Numbered from the stretch's first letter, positions 17,752-28,101 are shown. The stretch: 64,000 nucleotides of DNA from an uncultured Candidatus Poseidoniales archaeon (GCA_902601345.1 CACKMK010000003.1:23902-87901); one strand, 5' to 3'. Notes: generated from the sequence alone by a model not told the origin. Program-made: numbers and translations.

Positions 17752-18006
17752 TTATCTGGAGAGTTCCACGACATTACCGACGCTGGCAACTTCCTCGACA
17801 GGGATTGTGAGGAGACCGTCGGTTGTTGGCCACGGAAGCTCGGAAGGATCGATTCCCTGCTCAGTCACGACCAGGATTGCAACAATGTTTCCAGTATCAA
17901 CATCTACTGAGAAGTCGGCTAGATGGCCAAGAAGATCACCTGCAGCATCTAAGACTTGCCTAGTCATTATTTCTTGGGTGAATGTGGTTTTCATTATATT
18001 CCTCAA
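17752..18006 (-). CDS. PRC-barrel domain protein
   Basis: 84 aa. [30 protein letters not shown] is the classic PRC-barrel pattern. The start overlaps the cdc48 stop by 4 nt. Confidence 0.65.
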   Translation of the reverse strand: MRNIMKTTFTQEIMTRQVLDAAGDLLGHLADFSVDVDTGNIVAILVVTEQGIDPSELPWPTTDGLLTIPVEEVASVGNVVELSR

Positions 18007-20228
18007 ATTAATTCAATTCCGGAGATTGTGCCGGAGGAGCGCTTCACCGACTCAAGACCACTGGTTAGTGTCTCTTCCAACTTTGAGTAGTATTGCATCA
18101 TCTCATCGTTTACAGTCGGCCTGACTCTTTCCACCGCAGTTTCAAAGTGTTTCCTAGTCACTGTCTTCTTCTCATCTCTCATTGAAATTAGCGCTGCTTC
18201 TCTGCAGACCGCCTCTATATCAGCACCCGTGTAATTCTCCATACTAGCAGCCAGATCGTCAAGCTTAAACTTCCCGAGGGGCATATCCTTTGTGTGAATC
18301 TTCAGAATTGCAGACCTAGAGTCTCTGTCAGGTGGGGGGATATGCAGAACTCGTTCGAATCGCCCACTTCGCAACAGTGCTGGATCGATCATTTCAGGTC
18401 TATTGGTTGCCGCGACGACGATTACTCCTTCCATTCCTTCCACCCCATCAAGACTGCTCAGAAGTTGGTTCACTACTCTGTTCATGACATCTGAACCCTC
18501 TCCGGAGTGGCTCCTTCTCATACCAGCAATGCTCTCGAACTCATCAAGGAAGACAATCGAAGGACTGGATTGCTTCGCTTTCTTGAACACCTCTCTGACT
18601 GCTTTTTCGGATTCTCCAACCCATTTAGAAATTAGTTCTGGTCCTTTTATGGATATGAAATTGGCCTTAGCCTCGTTAGCAATCGCCTTTGCGATGAGGG
18701 TCTTGCCTGTACCTGGTGCGCCAAACAGCATTATCCCTCTGGGTGGAGTTATTCCGAAATGTTCGAATTTCTCGGGCATATTCAATGGCCATTCTACACT
18801 CTCCTTCAGTCGTTCCTTGACGCCATGGAGACCGCCTACCTCTTCCCAGGTAACTTCTGGTACCTGTACGTAAATCTCCCTGAGAGCGCTTGGCTCGATT
18901 TCTCTTACTGCCTCTTGGAAGTCAGACATCCTTACTTCCATCTTTTCGATTACCTCAGGAGCGATCTCTTCCTCGTCCAAATCTATCTCTGGGAGATAGC
19001 GTCGAAGAGCCTTCATTGCAGCCTCCCTTACCAAGGCTGAGATATCGGCTCCGACGAATCCATGAGTATGGTCGAGTAGCCAATCCAAATTGTAGTCATC
19101 ACTGATTGGCATGTCCCTAGTATGAATCTCGAGTATCTCTCCCCTGCCCGCCTTATCTGGGACACCAATCTCCAATTCTCTATCGAATCTTCCAGGCCTC
19201 CTTAAAGCCTGATCAATTGCGTCTCTTCTGTTTGTGGCCCCTATTACCACAACATTGTCCCTACCGCCCATTCCATCCAGAAGGGTTAGTAGTTGTGCGA
19301 CTACACGCCTCTCTACTTCTCCAGTGACGTCCTCTCTCTTTGGAGCGATGCTATCGAGTTCGTCGATGAATATGATTGCTGGCGCGTTGGCTGCGGCCTC
19401 GTCAAAAATCTCACGGAGTTGCTTCTCACTCTCTCCGTAGTACTTCGAGATTATCTCGGGACCATTTATGGACGTGAAGTGGGCCTTAGTCTCTGACGCC
19501 ACGGCCTTGGCAATCAGTGTCTTTCCAGTTCCTGGAGGGCCATGCAAAAGAACCCCTCGCGGAGGGTCGATCCCGAGTCTTCGGAATAGAATCGGATGCT
19601 TGAGAGGGAGCTCTATCATCTCCCTTACCTTTTGTAGCTGGTTTCCGATTCCTCCGATATCCTCGTAGGAGATGGTCTGAACCATATTCTCCTCTTCTTG
19701 GTCAATGCCATCCTCCTTGATCACGATCTCAGTATCGGGAAGTACTTGCACTATCCCCTTTGGACTAGTTTGAACTATAGCAAAAGGCAATGCTTCGGCG
19801 AATAGTGTCATCCCTGGAATGAATATCCTATCTCCTGCGACAACTGGCCTCTTGTTCAGGCCACGTCTTGCGAATCCTTCAATTCCGGGCCCAAACCTAA
19901 CTTTCTGTTGTTTCGCCATTACTGGGCTCAGGACCAATTTAGTGCAAGGCTCGACCTCGACTTTGCGAATCTCTGCTCTGTCTCCAAGACTTACTCCGGA
20001 GTTTTTCCTGATTATCCCATCAATTCGAATAACTCCGAGGTTAGCATCCTCTGGTCTGCATCTCCAAACAATGGCCGCAGTCTTCCTCTCTCCTTCGATT
20101 TCGACGATGTCACCGGGTTTTAGGTTCAGGTCATTATCGAACGGGACTCTCGCTCGTCCGTGACCCACGTCACTTGGTATTGCCTTCGCTACTCTCAAAG
20201 TTAGTGATTCGTTAGAGTCTGTTGACAT
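18003..20228 (-). CDS. cdc48: AAA+ ATPase Cdc48/VCP (VAT-like), two AAA domains
   Basis: Two Walker A motifs ([15 protein letters not shown] and [15 protein letters not shown]) and two Walker B motifs ([16 protein letters not shown]). The N-terminal double-psi barrel-like domain begins LRVAKA... Confidence 0.95.
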   Translation of the reverse strand: MSTDSNESLTLRVAKAIPSDVGHGRARVPFDNDLNLKPGDIVEIEGERKTAAIVWRCRPEDANLGVIRIDGIIRKNSGVSLGDRAEIRKVEVEPCTKLVLSPVMAKQQKVRFGPGIEGFARRGLNKRPVVAGDRIFIPGMTLFAEALPFAIVQTSPKGIVQVLPDTEIVIKEDGIDQEEENMVQTISYEDIGGIGNQLQKVREMIELPLKHPILFRRLGIDPPRGVLLHGPPGTGKTLIAKAVASETKAHFTSINGPEIISKYYGESEKQLREIFDEAAANAPAIIFIDELDSIAPKREDVTGEVERRVVAQLLTLLDGMGGRDNVVVIGATNRRDAIDQALRRPGRFDRELEIGVPDKAGRGEILEIHTRDMPISDDYNLDWLLDHTHGFVGADISALVREAAMKALRRYLPEIDLDEEEIAPEVIEKMEVRMSDFQEAVREIEPSALREIYVQVPEVTWEEVGGLHGVKERLKESVEWPLNMPEKFEHFGITPPRGIMLFGAPGTGKTLIAKAIANEAKANFISIKGPELISKWVGESEKAVREVFKKAKQSSPSIVFLDEFESIAGMRRSHSGEGSDVMNRVVNQLLSSLDGVEGMEGVIVVAATNRPEMIDPALLRSGRFERVLHIPPPDRDSRSAILKIHTKDMPLGKFKLDDLAASMENYTGADIEAVCREAALISMRDEKKTVTRKHFETAVERVRPTVNDEMMQYYSKLEETLTSGLESVKRSSGTISGIELI

Positions 20229-20369
20229 TTCTTACTCCCTGCCATTGCTCCTGGTGCATAGGGGGTTGTTAAACCCTGCAACCAAATATTCTCCGCAGTG
20301 TAAAATGGTTATCGGAATAATGCATTGCGATGCGCATAATTCATTTCAGAAGTAGTATCCGCCGTATGC

Positions 20370-21998
20370 ATGGCACACGTACTTGAGACAGGGTTCGAGA
20401 TTCTAAACAGAGAAAATCCCAACGGCAGCCCCACCGTAATGGGCTACAACATAATCAATGGAGAGTTGCGTCCAGCAAGCGATGGTGAGACGTTCGAAAG
20501 CAGGAACCCAGCATGGTTGGATGACTGCTTGGGAGTGTTTCCCTTATCAAAAAAAGAGGACGTTCACGACGCACTGATTTCAGCTAGGGAGGCTTTCTCT
20601 CAATGGTCACAAACTCCTGCTCCGACGAGGGGCCAGATTATTGGAAACATGGGAAGGCTGCTGATGGAGCACAAAGACGATATTGTCAGAGTGGAAGCTA
20701 GGGAAATTGGAAAGACTCTGAAAGAGAGTGCTGGAGAGGTTCAGGAGGCAATCGACACATGTCTATTTTTCCAATCTGAGGGAAGGAGATTGTATGGTCA
20801 GACGGTGAACTCAGAGTTACCTGACAAGGAGTTGTTCACCTATCGGAGGCCACTTGGAGTGTGTGGAATTATCAATGCAAGTAATTTCCCTTCTGCAGTG
20901 CCATTCTGGAAGATGATTCCTGCGATAATGTGTGGAAACACGTGCGTTTGGAAAAGTCCTCAAGACTCTCCCCTTCTATCATTCATGCTTACTAGAATAA
21001 TGCACGAGGCGGGGCTCCCCAACGGCGTGGTCAATTTAATTCATGGCAAAGGAAGCGGAGCGGGGCAGTTTCTTGTTGATTCGGCTGACGAGGGACTGGT
21101 GAATAAGATCAGTTTCACTGGTTCAACGCCTGTTGGAAAGATGATTGGGGAGGTGTGTGGAAGGAACCTAGTCTCGTGTTCACTGGAATTAGGGGGTAAG
21201 AACCCCCTTGTTGTGATGCCATCGGCGAACATCGAAAATGCGGTCGAAGGTGCGTATTGGGCTGCTTTCGGAACAGCTGGTCAACGTTGCACCAGCTTGG
21301 GGAATCTGATACTTCACAAGGACATATACGAAGAGTTCATGGATAAATTCATGGCAAAGGTGAAGGAAACTAAAATCGGAGACTCACTGAGAAATGACGA
21401 TGTATTGTACGGTTCTATGCTATCGGAAAAGTATGCCAGTGATTTCCTAAGGGACCTGGGGATGTGTGAAACCGATGGGGCCACCAAACTATGGGGAGAA
21501 GGCAGAATTACCAATGAGAATAAGCCTGAGAATTTCCAAGGGGACGCTGCAGAGGGTTCGTACATGTGGCCGCATGTCTACGCAGATGTAACAGAGGAAA
21601 TGCGATGCTTCCAGGAGGAAATCTTCGGACCTGTTGTGACTGTAGTTAGGGCTGAGGATTTCGAGAATGCCCTCCATCTGGCCAACGCATCTCCATTTGG
21701 ATTATCCAGTGCTTGCTACACTAACGATAGACTTGAGGCATACCGTTTCAAGACTGGAATAAAGGCTGGAATGACCGGCATAAACAACTCCACTACGGGG
21801 GCTGAGGCGCATCTACCATTTGGTGGAGTTAAGGACAGTGGAAATGGAACTAGGGAGTCAGGAATATGGGTGTTAGAAGCCTACTCATACTGGCATGCTG
21901 TGAACGACGAACTATCTGGAAAACTACAGCTCGCTCAAATGGATGTAGATGAGATACACGTCAAAGAGGCAGAAGCGGACTATGCCTCACTGGCTTAG
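20370..21998 (+). CDS. NAD(P)-dependent aldehyde dehydrogenase family protein
   Basis: Catalytic motifs ELGGKNP and GQRCTS, plus GSTPVG. Substrate cannot be assigned from sequence alone. Confidence 0.9.
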   Translation: MAHVLETGFEILNRENPNGSPTVMGYNIINGELRPASDGETFESRNPAWLDDCLGVFPLSKKEDVHDALISAREAFSQWSQTPAPTRGQIIGNMGRLLMEHKDDIVRVEAREIGKTLKESAGEVQEAIDTCLFFQSEGRRLYGQTVNSELPDKELFTYRRPLGVCGIINASNFPSAVPFWKMIPAIMCGNTCVWKSPQDSPLLSFMLTRIMHEAGLPNGVVNLIHGKGSGAGQFLVDSADEGLVNKISFTGSTPVGKMIGEVCGRNLVSCSLELGGKNPLVVMPSANIENAVEGAYWAAFGTAGQRCTSLGNLILHKDIYEEFMDKFMAKVKETKIGDSLRNDDVLYGSMLSEKYASDFLRDLGMCETDGATKLWGEGRITNENKPENFQGDAAEGSYMWPHVYADVTEEMRCFQEEIFGPVVTVVRAEDFENALHLANASPFGLSSACYTNDRLEAYRFKTGIKAGMTGINNSTTGAEAHLPFGGVKDSGNGTRESGIWVLEAYSYWHAVNDELSGKLQLAQMDVDEIHVKEAEADYASLA

Positions 21999-22317
21999 GG
22001 CATTGGTTCTCCACACTCAGGACACTTGATCCCGAGAAGCCATATCCTGGCATGTAATCGTAATTCGAGCAGACGGAAGTAACAAGGTCATCATCATGCA
22101 TGATCCGACCAGGTTAGGCCATATTGTGTCCATTTCTCATCTATGACGACCAATGTCTTATTTCGTCTCTCAGGAGTTCAGGAATTAAATCAAGAAACTG
22201 TCGTCCAGTAAGTTTTGCAATACTTGTCCAAACACAGTGTTGCACAAACTTGGATTAAAATGGGAGTTCCTCGTGGGGTAGGTTGGCGCTCCTGCGGGAC
22301 CATAATGAGTTGGACTA

Positions 22318-23115
22318 ATGGCTACTAGTTTCAAACTTCCAATTAGCCAAGGCTTCGGCGAGACAAATAGAATTGATCGGTGGTGGATGGAACCCATGTG
22401 GATGGGGGTCGCCCTTACAGCTGCCTTGGTTTACACATTCCTAAGATTGATTTTTTTTGATGGAGCGATTCATTACGATGATCACAGAGTAACTAGCCCA
22501 ATTTTCTCTCCGGATATAATCCATTTGTGGAGTCTGGAAGTCCCTGCTTGGGCTAATTCTGCTATGTTGATACTCTGGATACCATTTGGTTTCAGAGGCA
22601 CTTGCTATTACATGCGACGCGTCTACTACAGAACATTCTTCGCTAGTCCGGTGGCATGTGTGGTGGCAGAACCAAGGATCTCCAAGTCTCTGGGGTACAG
22701 AGGTGAAGGGGGATTATTCATTTTCAACAATATTCATAGAATAATGCTTTACCTTGCCATCATTATTCTCTTCATGAAGTATATCGACGTATTCCACACA
22801 CTAAGATTCCATGATGTTAATGGAACTGATACCTATGGCCTATCTGTTGGAACATTTGTATTGGCCGCAGAGTCTTTCTTGTTGACGATGTATGTTACTT
22901 CTTGTCATGCATTTAGGCACTTGGTTGGAGGCGGTAATAAAAGATGGAGTTTAGGATTTGAGAAAATCCAAGGAAATATCTTCAGGTTTGTATCGAGAAC
23001 AAATGTACACCATGGATTCTGGTTTTGGACAAGCCTGGGCATGGTTTTCTTAGGGGACTTATTTGTCTGGGCAGTCGCGGAAGGGATTCTAAGCGATCCT
23101 AGCTTCAAAATTTAG
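22318..23115 (+). CDS. sdhC: putative succinate:quinone oxidoreductase membrane (cytochrome b-like) subunit
   Basis: 265 aa hydrophobic protein with about 5 spans and conserved-looking His residues. It lies 8 nt upstream of sdhA on the same strand. Assignment rests on context and topology only. Confidence 0.55.
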   Translation: MATSFKLPISQGFGETNRIDRWWMEPMWMGVALTAALVYTFLRLIFFDGAIHYDDHRVTSPIFSPDIIHLWSLEVPAWANSAMLILWIPFGFRGTCYYMRRVYYRTFFASPVACVVAEPRISKSLGYRGEGGLFIFNNIHRIMLYLAIIILFMKYIDVFHTLRFHDVNGTDTYGLSVGTFVLAAESFLLTMYVTSCHAFRHLVGGGNKRWSLGFEKIQGNIFRFVSRTNVHHGFWFWTSLGMVFLGDLFVWAVAEGILSDPSFKI

Positions 23116-23123
23116 GTGATTAT

Positions 23124-24953
23124 ATGGACAAATCTTACTCGGAATGGGACTTCGATGTTGTTGTCATAGGAGCAGGAGGAGCAGGATTGAGAGCCGCTAT
23201 AGAGGCAAGTTCGAACGGTGCCAAAGTTGGCATGATTAGCAAATCCATGCTCGGAAAGGCACACACAGTAATGGCGGAAGGAGGTGCGGCCGCCGCACTA
23301 GCTAACAAAGACCACAGAGATTCTTGGAAGATACATTTCAGAGACACTATGAAGGGTGGAAAGTACCTTTCAGACTGGAGGATGGCGAAGGTCCATGCAC
23401 AACAGGCTCCAGACAGAATAAGGGAGTTGGAACAATGGGGTGCGGTGTTTGACCGAACATCAGAGGGGAAGACGAGTCAGAGGAATTTCGGAGGTCATAC
23501 ATATCCCAGGCTGGCCCATATCGGGGATGCAACTGGTCTAGAGCTAATTAGAACACTACAACAGAGAGGTATCCACACGGGAATGGAGGTCTTCATGGAA
23601 TACACTGTCCGTCATTTGTTCAAGAAGGATGGTAGAGTTGTGGGTTGCTTTGCTTACAATAGGTCTGACGGTTCGTTGCATCTTTTCAGGGCTAAATCGA
23701 TCGTGCTAGCAACAGGAGGGATTACTCGTTGTTGGGAGGTATGTTCCGGATCTTGGGAGTACACCGGAGAAGGTCATGCTCTTGCATATTGGACAGGAGC
23801 GGAGATGGGAGACATGGAATTCGTTCAATTTCATCCAACAGGAATGATTTGGCCTCCGTCTGTAAAGGGTATTTTGGTTACAGAAGGAGTCAGGGGAGAG
23901 GGCGGCATGCTAACAAATTCTGAAGGTAAAAGGTTCATGTTCGATTATGTACCTGAAATGTACCGAGAAGAGTTTGCCGATACTGAAGTCGAATCAAGTG
24001 AGTGGGTGAAAGAGGTAGTCGCTGGAAAGCTTGCTACTAAAAGAAGGCCTCCGGAGTTGCTAACAAGGGATGTAGTTGCCAAGGCTATCAACAGTGAGAA
24101 GGCTGCAGGCAGGGCCTCTGAACACGGAGGAGCCTACTTGGACATCTCTTGGAGAAAGTCTGAGGAGATTAAGAAGAAGCTTCCGGGGATGTACCATCAG
24201 TTCATGGAGCTCGCAGCAGTTGATATCACGAAGGAGCCGATGGAGGTTGGCCCCACAGCACACTATGTAATGGGAGGAGTACGCGTCGATCCTATCACTC
24301 AGGAGACATCGGTTCCAGGACTCTTTGCAGCGGGCGAAGCTGCAACAGGACTTCACGGAGCAAATCGTTTGGGCGGGAATTCTTTGTCCGACCTCATTAC
24401 TTTCGGGAAGATCGCTGGAGAGTATGCAGCGAAGTCTGCAAGTCAGGTGACTGATTTCGAAGAGATAGATGAGGAGGAAATTGACAGAGTGATAACAGAG
24501 ATGCTTGAACCGCTCGAGAGGGAAGATGGAGAAAATCCTGCAAAAGTGGTAGATGACCTCAGAGTTATGATGCAGAATAAAGTAGGAATAATCCGAACAC
24601 GAAAACTTCTGGAAGAAGCTCTGGAGGACTTAGATGATCTAGAGGCTAGGGGGAGGAACACTACGTCCCCGGGCGGGAGAGTCTACAATCCTGGGTGGCA
24701 CCAAGCATTAGAGATAGCAGCAATGATAGATGTAAGCAGGATGTGTGCTCTATCCGCGCTAACGAGGGAGGAAAGCAGGGGAGGCCATACAAGGGATGAT
24801 TTCCCATCCCCCGATAATTCAAAATGGGGTAAGGTAAATAGTAGAATAAAACAAATAGATGGGAAGATGGAAATCGACTACACTTCATACCCCCCCATAC
24901 CCGATGATTTGAGGGATCTATTAGACTCAGAAGACTTGTTAGAGGAGGAATAG
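23124..24953 (+). CDS. sdhA: succinate dehydrogenase/fumarate reductase flavoprotein subunit
   Basis: FAD-binding VVVIGAGGAGLRAAIE, plus HPTG, RLGGNSL and the C-terminal ESRGGHTR motif. Confidence 0.95.
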   Translation: MDKSYSEWDFDVVVIGAGGAGLRAAIEASSNGAKVGMISKSMLGKAHTVMAEGGAAAALANKDHRDSWKIHFRDTMKGGKYLSDWRMAKVHAQQAPDRIRELEQWGAVFDRTSEGKTSQRNFGGHTYPRLAHIGDATGLELIRTLQQRGIHTGMEVFMEYTVRHLFKKDGRVVGCFAYNRSDGSLHLFRAKSIVLATGGITRCWEVCSGSWEYTGEGHALAYWTGAEMGDMEFVQFHPTGMIWPPSVKGILVTEGVRGEGGMLTNSEGKRFMFDYVPEMYREEFADTEVESSEWVKEVVAGKLATKRRPPELLTRDVVAKAINSEKAAGRASEHGGAYLDISWRKSEEIKKKLPGMYHQFMELAAVDITKEPMEVGPTAHYVMGGVRVDPITQETSVPGLFAAGEAATGLHGANRLGGNSLSDLITFGKIAGEYAAKSASQVTDFEEIDEEEIDRVITEMLEPLEREDGENPAKVVDDLRVMMQNKVGIIRTRKLLEEALEDLDDLEARGRNTTSPGGRVYNPGWHQALEIAAMIDVSRMCALSALTREESRGGHTRDDFPSPDNSKWGKVNSRIKQIDGKMEIDYTSYPPIPDDLRDLLDSEDLLEEE

Positions 24954-24954
24954 G

Positions 24955-25884
24955 ATGGATAAAGTTACATTCAGTGTTTTCAGAGGGCATCCGGATGAAT
25001 CTGGTTCTCCAATTGGAGAAATGAAAGAATATACTGTGGATCTAGATGAGGGAATGGTTGTACTGGATGTGATTCATAGAATTCAGGCAGAGGAAGCCCC
25101 GGACCTAGCTTGTCGCTGGAACTGTAAAGCCGGTAAGTGTGGTTCATGTAGTGCGGAAGTTAATGGTAAGCCAAGACTAATGTGCATGACAAGAATGGAT
25201 GACATAAAGGAAGAAATGGGCGATTACGAAGGCCCTGTGGATATTCGACCGATGCAGTCATTCCCATTGGTCCGAGATTTGGTAACTGATACTTCCTGGG
25301 CCTACGAGGTTGATAGGAAGATTAAGCCGATAAACGGGCCAGAAGACCCTGATTGGGTATTCAATCAACATGAGGCTGACAGAATTCAAGAGTTTAGGTC
25401 TTGTATTGAGTGTATGCTCTGTGTAAATACATGTCACGTGATGAGGGAGCACCAGAAATTCGATGAGTTTGCAGGACCGCGTTTCTTTGTAAGACTCGCT
25501 AGTTTAGAGATGCACCCGTTGGATACTGAGAATAGGATTCCAGAAATTAAAGATGACTTTGGAATTAGCTACTGTAACATCACGAGGTGTTGCACTGAAG
25601 TATGTCCTGCAGGAATACAAATTACGGATAATGCCCTGATTCCACTGAAAGAAAGGGTAGTAACAGAATATTTCGACCCATTGGTAAACCCAATTAAAGC
25701 CGTAGGAAACCTAACATCTGGAGTTTTTAGCTATTTTTCGGAAGAATTTGTGGAGACAGCTGATCCGGGGAACAATAAGCAGGCTACTACGGCTCAAGAT
25801 ACCGAGAGGGCTAGAATAGAAGAAGCGAAGAAGCTAGAAAGCGAAAGGACAGAAAGGGCCCGAGAGAGATTTCGTTCGGAGTAA
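24955..25884 (+). CDS. sdhB: succinate dehydrogenase/fumarate reductase iron-sulfur subunit, with a charged C-terminal extension
   Basis: Three Cys clusters: CRWNCKAGKCGSC...C, CIECMLCVNTC and CNITRCCTEVCP. The ~50 aa E/R/K-rich tail is not part of the canonical subunit. Confidence 0.9.
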   Translation: MDKVTFSVFRGHPDESGSPIGEMKEYTVDLDEGMVVLDVIHRIQAEEAPDLACRWNCKAGKCGSCSAEVNGKPRLMCMTRMDDIKEEMGDYEGPVDIRPMQSFPLVRDLVTDTSWAYEVDRKIKPINGPEDPDWVFNQHEADRIQEFRSCIECMLCVNTCHVMREHQKFDEFAGPRFFVRLASLEMHPLDTENRIPEIKDDFGISYCNITRCCTEVCPAGIQITDNALIPLKERVVTEYFDPLVNPIKAVGNLTSGVFSYFSEEFVETADPGNNKQATTAQDTERARIEEAKKLESERTERARERFRSE

Positions 25885-25961
25885 ATTCCTCTAGTTTGAG
25901 GATTCTTAGCTTCCGCTACTTATACACGAAAACCAAATGTAAAAGTCGACTCAGACTATGA

Positions 25962-26225
25962 TCACAAACGGTCGATTCGCAACTTCTTCACGTTAGCCTT
26001 GTTTATCATGTCAGGTAGCCAGGCTGGTGCGTTCGCTCCCTTAGGGACCTTACTCTTTGATCCAGAGAACACGTGAACTCTGTTTGTTCCTCTTTCCCTA
26101 AGATGGATGTCGGTGACACCTCTTGAAGCTGCCTTCAGAGCTGCTCCTCTGGGCTGTTTGCTGTGGAACACTTGAGCAGTGTCCTTGCCGTTTTGCATTA
26201 ACACGAAATATTTCTTGTCTGCCAT
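25962..26225 (-). CDS. chromosomal protein MC1 (non-histone archaeal chromatin protein)
   Basis: MADKKYFVLMQNGKDTAQVFHSKQPRGAALKAASRG...IHLRERGTNRVHVFSG...APAWLPDMINKANVKKLRIDRL matches the recalled Methanosarcina MC1 pattern (FTGKQPRQAALKAANRG, RLRERGTKKVHVF, RPAWMP...VKK). I chose the ATG at 26225 over the 26300 start in the ORF track. Confidence 0.8.
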   Translation of the reverse strand: MADKKYFVLMQNGKDTAQVFHSKQPRGAALKAASRGVTDIHLRERGTNRVHVFSGSKSKVPKGANAPAWLPDMINKANVKKLRIDRL

Positions 26226-26329
26226 TCTTGGATTCCTCCGACTATCTGTGGTACTACATAGATAATAAACTTGAGCCGGAATATCGGCATACTGAGGCAA
26301 AGTGGGCTAATATCCGGTAGATACGAATG

Positions 26330-26563
26330 CTATAATTCTGCACAAGCCAGGGTTTTCGTGTTAGTTACTCCCTCAATCGAACGTACTGAATCGACAACCA
26401 GTTTCGCAATTTCTCCCATACTATCTGCTTCTATTTTCAATATCATGTCATGATCTCCGAACAGAACTTGGGCATCACTAACGAAGGCCAGTGAAGAGGC
26501 TTTTTCGAACACCGAATACTCCGTTCCTGGCTCAACATCTAGGAGTACGTATCCGGTTGACAT
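26330..26563 (-). CDS. stand-alone Lrp/AsnC ligand-binding (RAM) domain protein
   Basis: 77 aa with the pattern YVLLDVEPGTEYSVFEKASSLAFVSDAQVLFGDHDMILKIEADSMGEIAKLVVDSVRSIEGV, typical of AsnC_trans_reg domains. No HTH domain. Confidence 0.6.
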   Translation of the reverse strand: MSTGYVLLDVEPGTEYSVFEKASSLAFVSDAQVLFGDHDMILKIEADSMGEIAKLVVDSVRSIEGVTNTKTLACAEL

Positions 26564-26613
26564 GGCTATGGGAGGGGGTTCGTGGCGATTAAAGTTCCCT
26601 AGTCTCTCTGAAA

Positions 26614-27300
26614 ATGCCTACGATGGATACATATCCGATGGCCTCCCTTCGCTTTCTTATGGCCGATGTTGTAATCGTGAGAGAATGTACGCACGGACAA
26701 GTACGGGTTCTCTACGGAGACATAGTCGGCGTAGAGGGGGATATCATGGTAATCCCCGCTAATAGTAGACTAGCCGGAAGAGAAGGTCTGGATGAGAGGA
26801 TGCAGGAAGCCGCTGGAGACGGCCTTAGGGAGGCATGTGCCAATATTGCAAAGGAGAGGAGGAAGTTGAATCTCCAGCCATGTGGAGTTGGGGAGGCAGT
26901 GACTACGGATGCTTTCGACCTCCCGGTATCCAAACTTGTTCATGTAGTCGGTCCAGACTGTAGGAGGCCCACGCAGGACAACTTCAGAAGGGAACTTCTG
27001 AGAAACTCATACGGTGCTCTATTCGAGACGGTAGAGACCCTCAATCCAAGGAAAACTCTTGTCCTCCCCCCACTAGGAATGGATGTTTTCGCATACCCGC
27101 ACAGAGAGGGAGCTAGGATGACCATGGAAATAATTCTCCCATGGATGGATGGAGAGGATGATCCAGGAGTTGACATGGTTCTCATTGTGACCAATGAAGA
27201 CAATTTCTTGAATAACATGAAAACTGTCTATAGAGAAAGTGAGGATCAGTTCCCGGGCGTAGACAGAACCAGGGATTACAGAAAGGGAAAGATTCAGTGA
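26614..27300 (+). CDS. macro-domain (ADP-ribose binding/hydrolase-like) protein
   Basis: Shows YGDIVGVEGDIMVIPANSRL...EAAG...GEAVTTDAFDLPVSKLVHVVGP, against the canonical GDIT...DAIVNAAN...AAG...G.A..T.ag.Lp.k.viH.vGP. The Gly-rich phosphate loop looks degenerate. ATG at 26659 is a possible alternative start. Confidence 0.6.
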   Translation: MPTMDTYPMASLRFLMADVVIVRECTHGQVRVLYGDIVGVEGDIMVIPANSRLAGREGLDERMQEAAGDGLREACANIAKERRKLNLQPCGVGEAVTTDAFDLPVSKLVHVVGPDCRRPTQDNFRRELLRNSYGALFETVETLNPRKTLVLPPLGMDVFAYPHREGARMTMEIILPWMDGEDDPGVDMVLIVTNEDNFLNNMKTVYRESEDQFPGVDRTRDYRKGKIQ

Positions 27301-27331
27301 TTTGGACCGGTGTCCTCAATAACCCTGAGAA

Positions 27332-27919
27332 TTGGATAGGACCATGGGGACAAGTTACGAAAGAGAGTTGCGTTCGGTTCTCGCTGGGGAAATAAAGGGA
27401 GTTCGCGCTGTTACGAGATCTTGTTCTGAAGTTGAGCGCGCGAAAGCAATGAGAGTCGTAAAGAGGCCTTTTCTGGTAGTTAGGGCCCCAGGAAGCGGTT
27501 CAGAGGGTACCGGTGACCTTCTCGCTCTTAGGGGGGACATGTGCTTCCCAATAGAGGTGAAGACCTCCAAGGGCGAGAGGATATACCTCTCAGGTAGAAC
27601 CATGGACCAGTACAATTCCCTGAAATCTACTGGTGAGAAATGTGGGCTTCTCCCGCTTTACGCTTTCAGGTTGAAGGGAGTAAGGGGAGATAGTTGGAGA
27701 ATAATGAAAGTAGAAGTTGAAGGATTGACCGGAAAGCTCAGACACCTATCCAGAAGTATCCCCGCACTCCCACTAACAAGCAGAGGTACCCCTCACCTAG
27801 ACTGGAATGCTGGGATGCCAGTGCACAGGTTCCTGTCATTAATTTGTAGCTCAGAAGGAGCGATTGGAGTGAGGTCCAATTCAGGAAATTCGTCCGCTAA
27901 AGAAACATTAGCTAGCTAA
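27332..27919 (+). CDS. hjc: Holliday junction resolvase Hjc-like nuclease
   Basis: YERELRSVLAG ... GDLLALRGDMCFPIEVKTSK fits the ER-E...D...E-x-K archaeal Hjc core. It carries an internal insertion and a ~60 aa C-terminal extension relative to ~140 aa Hjc proteins. Confidence 0.55.
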   Translation: MDRTMGTSYERELRSVLAGEIKGVRAVTRSCSEVERAKAMRVVKRPFLVVRAPGSGSEGTGDLLALRGDMCFPIEVKTSKGERIYLSGRTMDQYNSLKSTGEKCGLLPLYAFRLKGVRGDSWRIMKVEVEGLTGKLRHLSRSIPALPLTSRGTPHLDWNAGMPVHRFLSLICSSEGAIGVRSNSGNSSAKETLAS

Positions 27920-28101
27920 TTTCTCGTGCCACAAAGGAGCTCTTCTATCTGTTCTAGTGATTGCTTGACAGATTCTATTTCTTCCCTAACGCTATGAAGT
28001 TCAGCTTGGACCAGGATTCGTCCGATACTGTCCCTCTCCCTGGCTAATGAGTCGATTCTGCGATTGATGCTCCTCGCGGAGCCTCCGAATGCCTCTGACA
28101 T
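27916..28101 (-). CDS. small coiled-coil protein, hypothetical
   Basis: 61 aa helical-looking ORF (SINRRIDSLARERDSIGRILVQAELHSVREEIESVKQSLEQIEELL) lying in an otherwise unassigned gap. Its stop overlaps the hjc stop by 4 nt. Confidence 0.3.
   Translation of the reverse strand: MSEAFGGSARSINRRIDSLARERDSIGRILVQAELHSVREEIESVKQSLEQIEELLCGTRN

Noticed and set aside
21995-22090. Minus-strand fragment ending in IKCPECGEPMP, resembling the end of a zinc-ribbon protein, just after the aldehyde dehydrogenase stop
   Set aside because: The frame has no ATG/GTG/TTG start before an in-frame stop at 22088-22090. It is only about 30 codons long and too weak to call.
22185-22397. 70-aa minus-strand ORF overlapping the sdhC start
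   Set aside because: It overlaps the sdh promoter and start region. It has no motif or start context and is probably spurious.
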